DNA from: an uncultured Elusimicrobiaceae bacterium
Lineage (GTDB): Bacteria > Elusimicrobiota > Elusimicrobia > Elusimicrobiales > Elusimicrobiaceae
Direction: 5' to 3'
NCBI GenBank assembly: GCA_964411485.1
Contig: CAYPLD010000001.1
Span: forward strand, 1-35,068
Length of the DNA: 35,068 bases
Shown here: positions 17,734 through 25,003 of the stretch, piece by piece
Position numbering within the stretch: the first letter of the stretch is position 1
Layout of the letters: each line of letters opens with the position of its first letter
Translations under genes and position numbers: made by a program
Notes under the pieces: model-generated
Seen by the model: only the letters and a program-made list of their open reading frames with translations
What the model was told of the DNA's origin: nothing
The model's database searches: none

Positions 17734-19985
17734 GAAAACATAGAAAAAAAATAGTATTAGTTATCAGAATATGTATGACAGTTTGTTTGGTATCTGTGAT
17801 ATTAACAAGTATCGGATATTTTTCACTTTTGAAATATCTAAACAATAAGAACCTCACCTCAACATTTGCAAATTTCCTACAAGAAAAATTTAACAAACCG
17901 GTAGTGGTATCGTCGTTAGAATTTCATTTTCCAAATGAAATTCTAGTGAATGATGTTCAAATTATTGACTATGGTCCAGACCACTACGATCAGCTCCTCG
18001 CAGTAGATACTTTGGTGGTCAGATATAATATATTCAAACTTATAGCAAAAAAATTCGTCATAAAGGATATGTCCTTCAATAAGCCAAAAATCAAAGTGAT
18101 AAAAGATAAAGACGGCAATTTGAATATTCCATCATTAACTACAGAGGAAAGAGCAAAGATAATATCAAACAAAGATAAAGAAGGTTTTAAGTTTGATATA
18201 AAAATAGATAGCATTAGCATAAATGAAGGACAGATAGTGTATAAGGATTTAAAAAACAATATTTCACATGCGATATACAGTGTAAACGCTTATCTTAATA
18301 ATTTAGATTTTATAAAAGATACTGAAGTTTCATTTAGTTTTATATCTCGAAATAAATGGGGAGAAAAAATAATTGAAAGTCAAATTTTGGGTGATGGAGC
18401 AATAAATTTTGCTAATTTGAATTGGGAAGAAGCAAAAATCAAAGATACTAATATAACAATAAAATTTTTCAAAGAACCAATTAAAGCGGTTGTAAATGTG
18501 GAGAATTTGAGGAATCCAAAAATTTCTTTTCAGGGTAATATTCCTGCAGTGAGTTATAAGGATGTTTCTATATTTTTTGAAAGTCCATTCGATTTTGCAT
18601 TCCCGCCATCAGAAATAAGTTTTGACGCAACATTAAAGCAAGAAAAATATTTAGCTCTCAAAAACACAGTTGTAACAATGGAAGATGTAAGTTTTGGGGT
18701 ATATGCGGAGTATAATATGAGCGAAAAATTGCTTGATATGGAATTTGGTACAAACAAATTTAATTTTGCTAATAAAAATAAATGGTTTCCGGGTTTGAAA
18801 GCGTTAGAACTTGAAGGTCTTGGCGACATAAACGGTAGCTTGAAAATTAGTGAAACAAAAAAAATACAAGAAACTGTGAATATAAAATTGAACGATATTA
18901 GAGGCAAGTTGCGAGGTTTTACTATCAGTAAGTTTAGTGGTATCGTGGATATTATGGACGGGTTCAGAAAAGTAGATGCACAACTCAAAGATTTAAGTTT
19001 TGATATAGGTGGACAACAATTTACAAAATTGAAGGGCAAGTTTGAGTATGGGCATAATCAGATGTTTGTTGATTTGAAAAAAGGATTTTTCAATGGCAAA
19101 GATATGAAAATGTCATTTTTCGTTAAAAATCTAAATTCTATTAATAATAGGCATGTAAATATGGCGGCGGATTTTGAAAGTTTCGAACTTTTGGAAATTT
19201 TTGATACGGTTGGTGATTTTGGCGATGGAGTAGATCCAAAATTTCCTAATATAGAAAGAAGACCATATGAATATGATGGAAAATTGAGTTGGCTTCGAAA
19301 TTTCAGAGCGAGATTGCCGAAATTTATACCTAATATAACGGGAATAATTAGTGCAAAACAATTTATAACACCCTCTATTTCGGGTGAAAATTTTAATGTT
19401 GAATTTGATTTGACAGATCTAAAACCCGGTATGGATAAATTTTCTGGTACTTTTGATGCTCAAATATCGAATGGGATAATATATAAATTAGAAGAATTTG
19501 CTGCAAATGATTCGGCATATAATGTGGCATTTCAGCCGTTCATTATGATGCATAAACTAGAGAAGATGGGTAGTTTTGAAGTTGGCAAAATACTAAAAAA
19601 CGTTCCATATGATAGAATAATATTAAGCACAAATTTTAATAATGGTGCGATGAGAATCAACAACTTTTTGATAGAAAGCATAAAAATTCCATCGGCTGTT
19701 TCTGGTTGGGTAGATTGGTATGGTGAAAATATAGATATCAATGTTTATGCAAGGTTCACATCGAGTTCTAGTGCGGGAGCGATAGCGGAAAGTTTGACAG
19801 ATGAAACAGGAAAACCTGCGATAGCGTTTAGATCTAAAGGTAATATGTATAAAGGTGTGAGGACTGAATTGATAAGTGCAAAAAGTGTGAGAACACAAAT
19901 AAATAAAGCGATAGCAAAAGGTATAAGAACAGATTTTAAGAAATCAAAAAAGTTTAAGGCAGGAGGGTACAATGTCAAAAAATAA
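17730..19985 (+). CDS. AsmA-family outer-membrane biogenesis/lipid-transfer-like protein
   Basis: N-terminal TM anchor followed by a long beta-rich region with AsmA-like repeats (VVVSSLEFHFPNEILVNDVQI...LAVDTLVVRYNIFKLIAKKFVIKDMSFNKPKIKVIKDKDGNLNI). 751 aa. ATGA overlap with the upstream gene. Confidence 0.6.
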   Translation: MRKHRKKIVLVIRICMTVCLVSVILTSIGYFSLLKYLNNKNLTSTFANFLQEKFNKPVVVSSLEFHFPNEILVNDVQIIDYGPDHYDQLLAVDTLVVRYNIFKLIAKKFVIKDMSFNKPKIKVIKDKDGNLNIPSLTTEERAKIISNKDKEGFKFDIKIDSISINEGQIVYKDLKNNISHAIYSVNAYLNNLDFIKDTEVSFSFISRNKWGEKIIESQILGDGAINFANLNWEEAKIKDTNITIKFFKEPIKAVVNVENLRNPKISFQGNIPAVSYKDVSIFFESPFDFAFPPSEISFDATLKQEKYLALKNTVVTMEDVSFGVYAEYNMSEKLLDMEFGTNKFNFANKNKWFPGLKALELEGLGDINGSLKISETKKIQETVNIKLNDIRGKLRGFTISKFSGIVDIMDGFRKVDAQLKDLSFDIGGQQFTKLKGKFEYGHNQMFVDLKKGFFNGKDMKMSFFVKNLNSINNRHVNMAADFESFELLEIFDTVGDFGDGVDPKFPNIERRPYEYDGKLSWLRNFRARLPKFIPNITGIISAKQFITPSISGENFNVEFDLTDLKPGMDKFSGTFDAQISNGIIYKLEEFAANDSAYNVAFQPFIMMHKLEKMGSFEVGKILKNVPYDRIILSTNFNNGAMRINNFLIESIKIPSAVSGWVDWYGENIDINVYARFTSSSSAGAIAESLTDETGKPAIAFRSKGNMYKGVRTELISAKSVRTQINKAIAKGIRTDFKKSKKFKAGGYNVKK

Positions 19986-20547
19986 TAATTTCGACGTATT
20001 AAGTATCTTACAAGAACACGGTGCAATTTTGAAAGGACACTTTCAACTGCCCAACGGATTACATTCGGAAAACTATATACAAACTTTTTTGGTAACGCAA
20101 TATCCGAATTTATTGAATAAAGTTTCCAGTGCGATGTCAGATTTATTTAAAAAATCAAAAGTGAATGTTGTATTAGCACCTACTGCGAAGATTTCTGTGA
20201 TTGCACAAGAGATAGCTCGAATAAAGAAGGCCCGAGCGGTTTTTGCCGAAGAAAATGATGGTGTTATGAAAATCAAACCAGAGCTTGCTCCAAAAAAAGG
20301 CGATAAAGTTTTGGTGGTAGATGATGTGACAGCAACTGGTAAATTAATATCAAACGCGATTGCGTTGGCAAAAAGTTGCGATGCCGAAGTTGTCGGAGTT
20401 GTGAGTATTGTTGATAGATCTGTCGGAGATTTGTGTTTACAAGTTCCGATTAGGGCGTTGATGTCATTTCCACTTGAAACTTATGATGAAAAAGATTGCC
20501 CGCTTTGTAAAAAGAAAATTCCATTGCAACTTTACAGAAAATCTTAA
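19972..20547 (+). CDS. Type I phosphoribosyltransferase, orotate-PRTase (PyrE)-like
   Basis: PRPP loop KVLVVDDVTATGKLIS and N-terminal GHFQLPNGLHSENYIQ, similar to the short PyrE-like HF.LsSG.HS..Y.Q pattern. Overlaps the AsmA-like gene by 14 nt. Confidence 0.65.
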   Translation: MSKNNNFDVLSILQEHGAILKGHFQLPNGLHSENYIQTFLVTQYPNLLNKVSSAMSDLFKKSKVNVVLAPTAKISVIAQEIARIKKARAVFAEENDGVMKIKPELAPKKGDKVLVVDDVTATGKLISNAIALAKSCDAEVVGVVSIVDRSVGDLCLQVPIRALMSFPLETYDEKDCPLCKKKIPLQLYRKS

Positions 20548-20550
20548 CCT

Positions 20551-20660
20551 AGTTTTACGTCGTCTTTTGAGCGAGAATTTTGTCAAAGGGGGATAAACCC
20601 CACTCAAGGTATTCCACGCCCGCCTTTTTCGCATTCTCATCTCAAAATACTTGTAAAACT
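20551..20660. repeat. Imperfect ~30-nt inverted repeat enclosing a GC-rich core
   Basis: AGTTTTACGTCGTCTTTTGAGCGAGAATT (20551-20579) versus the reverse complement of ATTCTCATCTCAAAATACTTGTAAAACT (20633-20660). They share AGTTTTAC, TTTTGAG and GAGAAT blocks. The core contains GGGGATAAACCCC. Confidence 0.45.
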
Positions 20661-20698
20661 CGTGAAGTTTAATTTTTTAATAGAAGTTTGCAGATTTT

Positions 20699-20763
20699 TT
20701 ATTTTCCTCTCCCTTTGGGAGAGGACGACTAATCAAAATGATTAGCGAGGTGAGGGCTATGTT
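20699..20763 (+). repeat. GC-rich double-hairpin repeat A, copy 2 (abuts the oadB stop codon)
   Basis: TTATTTTCCTCTCCCTTTGGGAGAGGACGACTAATCAAAATGATTAGCGAGGTGAGGGCTATGTT. It differs from copy 1 by one indel and three substitutions. Hairpin 2 is perfect here (CTAATCA/TGATTAG). Confidence 0.8.
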
Positions 20764-21892
20764 ATCCTAATAACGCTAATAATATACCTGCGGCGACGGC
20801 TGAACCAATCACACCAGCGACATTTGGTCCCATTGCGTACATTAACAAATGATTATGTGGATTTGCCTCTTGCCCCACTTTTGATACAACCCTCGCAGAC
20901 ATCGGCACAGCCGATACCCCACTTGCTCCAATCAATGGATTGATTTTTTCTTTAGAAAGTTTATTCATAAGTTTTGCAAGCAATACACCAGCGGCTGTGC
21001 CGATACAAAAAGCGAATAAACCTAAAGCTAAAATTCCGAGCGTTTCGATTTGCAAGAATTTATCGCTGGACAATTTCGAACCAACCGCTAGACCAAGTAA
21101 AATTGTGACTATATTAATAAATTCGTTTTGAGCAGTTTTACTTAATCTATCCACGACTCCACATTCTTTCAAAATATTCCCGAACATTAACATTCCGATA
21201 AGTGGTGATGCATCTGGCAAGAACAAAATACATAAAATCAAAACTGCGAACGGGAACAATATTTTTTCTCTTTTGCTCACGACACGTAATTGTTTCATTA
21301 CGATTTGTCGTTCTTTTTTTGTGGTCAAAGCACGCATGATTGGTGGTTGGATTATAGGAACTAAAGCCATATATGAATATGCTGCCACAGCGATTGCTCC
21401 GAGCAGTTTTGGAGATAATTTTGATGCCAAAAATATTGCAGTTGGACCATCAGCTCCGCCGATAATACCAATTGCACCAGCATCTTGTAAGCTAAAGTTG
21501 AAACCATATTTTGCGAGTATCAAAGCACCTATCAAGGTTGTGAAAATCCCGAATTGTGCTGCCGCACCAAGCAATGCAGTTTTTGGATTTGCGATTAATG
21601 GTCCGAAATCGGTCATCGCACCAATACCTAAAAATATAAAGAGGGGGAATAATCCATTTGCGATACCAAAATTATAAATTATTCCTAAAAAACCACTGCC
21701 TGCAATGTCGGCGACTGGAATGTTTGCAAGTATTCCACCAAAACCGATTGGGATAAGTAAAAGTGGTTCAAATTTTTTGACAATACCAAGCCAAATCAAA
21801 GTTAATCCGACAAGTATCATCACTATTTGACCAAGTTCGAAATTATAAAGTCCGGTTGAATACCATAATTGCGAAAAATTTATTGATTCCAT
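20762..21892 (-). CDS. oadB: Na+-translocating decarboxylase beta subunit (OadB family)
   Basis: 376-aa polytopic protein ([37 protein letters not shown]...[13 protein letters not shown]...SAVPMSARV), downstream of oadA. Confidence 0.9.
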   Translation of the reverse strand: MESINFSQLWYSTGLYNFELGQIVMILVGLTLIWLGIVKKFEPLLLIPIGFGGILANIPVADIAGSGFLGIIYNFGIANGLFPLFIFLGIGAMTDFGPLIANPKTALLGAAAQFGIFTTLIGALILAKYGFNFSLQDAGAIGIIGGADGPTAIFLASKLSPKLLGAIAVAAYSYMALVPIIQPPIMRALTTKKERQIVMKQLRVVSKREKILFPFAVLILCILFLPDASPLIGMLMFGNILKECGVVDRLSKTAQNEFINIVTILLGLAVGSKLSSDKFLQIETLGILALGLFAFCIGTAAGVLLAKLMNKLSKEKINPLIGASGVSAVPMSARVVSKVGQEANPHNHLLMYAMGPNVAGVIGSAVAAGILLALLG

Positions 21893-21904
21893 TTTTTTAC
21901 CTCT

Positions 21905-21986
21905 TTGTCATTGCGAGAAATTTTTTCTAGATTGCCACAGCCCTTTGGGCTTCGCAATGACAAGAGAAAAAATTTCGTGGCAATCT
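21905..21986. repeat. Interleaved complementary modules in the oadA-oadB spacer
   Basis: TTGTCATTGCGA(21905-21916) pairs with TCGCAATGACAA(21952-21963). AGATTGCCAC(21929-21938) pairs with GTGGCAATCT(21977-21986). GAAATTTTTTC pairs with GAAAAAATTTC. A central AGCCC-TTT-GGGCT hairpin is present. Confidence 0.75.
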
Positions 21987-22001
21987 CATTATAAAAACTT
22001 C

Positions 22002-23810
22002 TTATTTAATTATTACAAGGTCATCGCCGGCTTGAACTTGTTGTCCGACATTAACAACAACTTTCACACTACCACTTTTTGTTGCTTTGATTTCAGTTTC
22101 CATTTTCATCGCTTCCATAATCAAAACGGTTTGACCTTCTTCAACTTTATCACCATTATTTGCAATTATTTTAAAAATCGTTCCCGGCATTGGAGCTTTT
22201 ATTGGGTGACCTGCACCACCAACTTTATCCCCGACAGATTCCTTTTGAGTTTCTGGAGTTCCACCTTCTGCGATATCAAAGCCAAAATCTGTGCCATTAA
22301 CGGTAGCTTTTTTACCATTAACACTAACAACATAAGTTTCACCTTCAAGTGTGACCGTATAAGTTTCAGATTTACCAATTTTTTTCTTTGGTTTTTCAGC
22401 ACTTATTTTTCTGATGTTCTCTTTCGCTTCACCTTTTAAGTAAGTTATACCTTTATCGCCACAAGTTGCTGTTATGAAAATATTTTCGTCCGAAATTTCC
22501 AATTTATTTTCTTGTAAAAGTTTTTTTGCATGTTCAATGCCTTTAGTTTTGTCGGCATCGTTGATTTCCAACGGAGTTTTTGTTGTTGGCTCAAGTTTCA
22601 ATTGTTCTGATGCTATTTTTACAATCTCTTTGTCCGGAGCAATTGGTGTTTTACCAAAATAGCCGAGTACCATTTTGCCATATCCCGGTGCTATCTTTTT
22701 CCAAGGACCCATCATCACATTGTTGAACGCTTGTTGAAAATAAAACTGTGATACTGGTGTAACAGAAGTTCCAAAACCGCCTCGTCTCACCGTCTCACCC
22801 ATCGCTTCAAAAACTTCTTGATAACGATGCATTATTTTATTATCTCGCATCATTTGAGTGTTCGCAGTCAATGCTCCACCGGGCATTGGGGCGAACGGTA
22901 TTAGCGGTTCTACGGCGATAGCTTCTGGTGGCATGAAATAATCTTTCATACAATCTTTGAAAACATTTTCTGCTTCTACGATTTTTTTGATGTCAATATC
23001 CAAAGTGAAATCTGTACCTCTTAATGCATGCCACATTGTTATGATATCCGGCTGACATGTGCCACCCGAAACTGGTGCCATTGATAAATCGATTCTGTCC
23101 GCTCCAGCTTTGATTGCTTCTAAATAACACGAAACTCCCGTTCCGGCAGTTTCGTGTGTATGAAAAGTGATTTCAGTTTCGGGTGGCAATATTTTTCTTG
23201 CGAGTGCGATTGTTTCTGCGACAACTTTTGGAGCAGTCGTTCCTGATGCGTCTTTGAAACAGACACTATCAAAACCGATACCTGCGTCTAAAATTTGTTT
23301 AAGAGTGTTTGCATAAAATTTTGGAGTATGAGTTTTACCTGTTTTGTCCCAACCCGGAGCGAGCGACATTAATGTCACACAGACTTCGTGTTTTAAGCCA
23401 GCGTCTTTGATACATTTTCCACTATATATTAGGTTGTTTACATCATTCAATGCGTCGAAATTTCTGATTGTGGTTATGCCGTGCTTCTTAAAAAGTTTTG
23501 CGTGGAGATTAATGATATCACTGCTTTGACTTTCTAATCCGACAACGTTTGTGCCTCTTGCTAGAGTTTGGAGATTGGCATCTTTGCCTGCTTTTTCTCT
23601 GAATTGGTCCATCATATCAAAAGCATCTTCATTGCAATAAAAATATAAACTTTGGAATCTTGCACCACCACCTGCTTCAAAATGTTCTATGCCTGCATTT
23701 TTTGCTGCTTCGACCGCTGGTAAAAAATCTTTTGTTAATACTCTTGCTCCGTAAGCTGATTGGAATCCGTCTCTGAAGCCCGTCATCATAAACTTTATTT
23801 TTTTTGTCAT
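22002..23810 (-). CDS. oadA: Oxaloacetate decarboxylase alpha subunit / pyruvate carboxylase subunit B-type carboxyltransferase with C-terminal biotinyl domain
   Basis: HMGL-like/5S carboxyltransferase N-domain (TGFRDGFQS, FKDASGT, HTHETAGTG). C-terminal biotin carrier with the EAMKMET attachment motif. Gene context is oadG-oadA-oadB. Confidence 0.9.
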   Translation of the reverse strand: MTKKIKFMMTGFRDGFQSAYGARVLTKDFLPAVEAAKNAGIEHFEAGGGARFQSLYFYCNEDAFDMMDQFREKAGKDANLQTLARGTNVVGLESQSSDIINLHAKLFKKHGITTIRNFDALNDVNNLIYSGKCIKDAGLKHEVCVTLMSLAPGWDKTGKTHTPKFYANTLKQILDAGIGFDSVCFKDASGTTAPKVVAETIALARKILPPETEITFHTHETAGTGVSCYLEAIKAGADRIDLSMAPVSGGTCQPDIITMWHALRGTDFTLDIDIKKIVEAENVFKDCMKDYFMPPEAIAVEPLIPFAPMPGGALTANTQMMRDNKIMHRYQEVFEAMGETVRRGGFGTSVTPVSQFYFQQAFNNVMMGPWKKIAPGYGKMVLGYFGKTPIAPDKEIVKIASEQLKLEPTTKTPLEINDADKTKGIEHAKKLLQENKLEISDENIFITATCGDKGITYLKGEAKENIRKISAEKPKKKIGKSETYTVTLEGETYVVSVNGKKATVNGTDFGFDIAEGGTPETQKESVGDKVGGAGHPIKAPMPGTIFKIIANNGDKVEEGQTVLIMEAMKMETEIKATKSGSVKVVVNVGQQVQAGDDLVIIK

Positions 23811-23812
23811 TT

Positions 23813-23845
23813 CCTGTTTTAAGCCCTCTACATAACACTTGTTTC
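23813..23845 (-). repeat. IE partial copy 4 in the oadG-oadA spacer
   Basis: The minus strand reads GAAACAAGTGTTATGTAGAGGGCTTAAAACAGGAA-ATG. It shares GAAAC..AAGTGTTATGTAG and the AAAACA(A)GGAA tail with copies 1 and 2. Confidence 0.5.
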
Positions 23846-23873
23846 GCTAATGTTAAATGTGAACCGTTCTCCT

Positions 23874-24095
23874 TTATTTTTTGTTAAAGTGATGTGCTAA
23901 AGCTATTGATGTAGCTTTGAAAATGTTTTTGCTCATCTCTCTTTTTAATTGTTTATCTGTTGATTGTTGAGGATAATGTTTGTCTAAAAATGTCACCAGC
24001 TTTTTTAGTATCATCATAAACAAAACTAACAAGCCAAGCAGTACGAATACTGTTGTCATGCCTATTAATGTAATTGTTAATCCTTGAGCTATCAT
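23874..24095 (-). CDS. oadG: Decarboxylase gamma subunit (OAD_gamma family)
   Basis: 73 aa with one TM. GLTITLIGMTTVFVLLGLLVLFM matches the OAD_gamma N-terminal pattern. Sits immediately upstream of oadA. Confidence 0.7.
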   Translation of the reverse strand: MIAQGLTITLIGMTTVFVLLGLLVLFMMILKKLVTFLDKHYPQQSTDKQLKREMSKNIFKATSIALAHHFNKK

Positions 24096-24799
24096 AAAAT
24101 ATCCCCTATCGAAATGTGGTTTATATTATCAAGTTCATCTATTAAGATTATTGCTCCGTTGTCGTCGATATCTTTGACCTTCGCTTCGTAAATTTTATCT
24201 ACATGTTTGAGCTTTATTTCTTTTCCGATATAGTCAAATCGTTTGATATATGCTTTTTTTATCACGACAAAACCTTGTTTCAAGGTTTTGTCGTAAATCT
24301 TAAAAAATTCCGACAAAATCTCTTTTAGCAAAAGGTTTTTATCTATTTTTAGACCTTGAATTTTCAAATTGGTTGCAGGTTTATCTATTTTGTTTAGATT
24401 TTTCTGCTCGATATTGATGCCAACGCCTAAAATTATTGCTTTTAATTTATCTTTTTCAAAGATAGTTTCTGATAAAATGCCAACTGCTTTTTTATTTTTG
24501 ATTAGAACGTCATTTGGCCATTTTATTTGTGGTTTTACGCCGTGTTTCTCGAGAACTTTACAAATCGCTACGCTTATTGCTTGAGTTAAGTTTGGTGCGT
24601 TCTTAATGTCAATGGTTTTGGGCTTTAGAATAATCGAAAAATATAATCCACCTTTGTTTGATACCCATTTACGTTGATATCTGCCTCGTCCTTGAGTCTG
24701 AACTTCTGCTAAAATCACATCTTTATGTTTCAAACCTTTATAATTCTCTTTGGCGTAGGTGTTTGTAGAATCTAATTTTTTGAAAAAAATAATTCCCAT
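24092..24799 (-). CDS. birA: Biotin-[acetyl-CoA-carboxylase] ligase, group I (no HTH domain)
   Basis: GRGRYQRKWVSNKGGLYFSIIL (GRGRxGRxW motif), KWPNDVLI and KAVGILSE. Its stop codon overlaps the oadG start (ATGA). Confidence 0.85.
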   Translation of the reverse strand: MGIIFFKKLDSTNTYAKENYKGLKHKDVILAEVQTQGRGRYQRKWVSNKGGLYFSIILKPKTIDIKNAPNLTQAISVAICKVLEKHGVKPQIKWPNDVLIKNKKAVGILSETIFEKDKLKAIILGVGINIEQKNLNKIDKPATNLKIQGLKIDKNLLLKEILSEFFKIYDKTLKQGFVVIKKAYIKRFDYIGKEIKLKHVDKIYEAKVKDIDDNGAIILIDELDNINHISIGDIL

Positions 24800-24806
24800 T
24801 ATCTAC

Positions 24807-24815
24807 ATTTTATCA
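24807..24815 (-). promoter_or_regulatory. Possible extended -10 promoter (TGATAAAAT) 7 nt upstream of the birA ATG
   Basis: The minus strand reads TTTGATAAAATGTAGATA-ATG. There is no SD-like purine run before the ATG. No convincing -35 element. Confidence 0.3.
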
Positions 24816-24872
24816 AATTTATAAAGACAACTTATTTTTATTTATTAAAGGAAACCTTCACCCTCACCCCAA

Positions 24873-24982
24873 CCCTCTCCCCTCATGTAGGGAGAGGGAG
24901 TACTTTTTTTATAAAAACTCGCCTCATGTAGGGAGAGGGAGTACTTTTTTTATAAAAACTCGCCTCATGTAGGGAGAGGGGG
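24873..24982. repeat. GC-rich hairpin followed by a 41-bp tandem repeat (about 2.5 copies)
   Basis: Hairpin CCCTCTCCC(24873-24881)/GGGAGAGGG(24890-24898). The unit CCTCATGTAGGGAGAGGGAGTACTTTTTTTATAAAAACTCG occurs at 24881-24921 and identically at 24922-24962, with a partial third copy at 24963-24982. CCCTCACC lies upstream at 24861-24868. Confidence 0.85.
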
Positions 24983-25003
24983 GTAAAGGGAAATTTTGAA
25001 AAA

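Noticed and set aside
20581-20632. GC-rich core as a tRNA, SRP-RNA or other known small RNA
   Set aside because: I could not fit a cloverleaf, and I did not find the conserved SRP or tmRNA motifs I remember. It is kept only as an unexplained inverted-repeat core.
20762-24799. The birA-oadGAB cluster as something other than an oxaloacetate-type Na+ pump (for example methylmalonyl-CoA or glutaconyl-CoA decarboxylase)
   Set aside because: The alpha subunit has the HMGL-like/5S carboxyltransferase fold motifs fused to a biotinyl domain, as in OadA/PycB, not a crotonase-type CoA carboxyltransferase. Substrate specificity still cannot be proven from sequence alone.
24881-24982. Tandem 41-bp repeats as a small CRISPR array
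   Set aside because: The units are directly adjacent with no spacers. There are only about 2.5 copies and no cas genes in the window.
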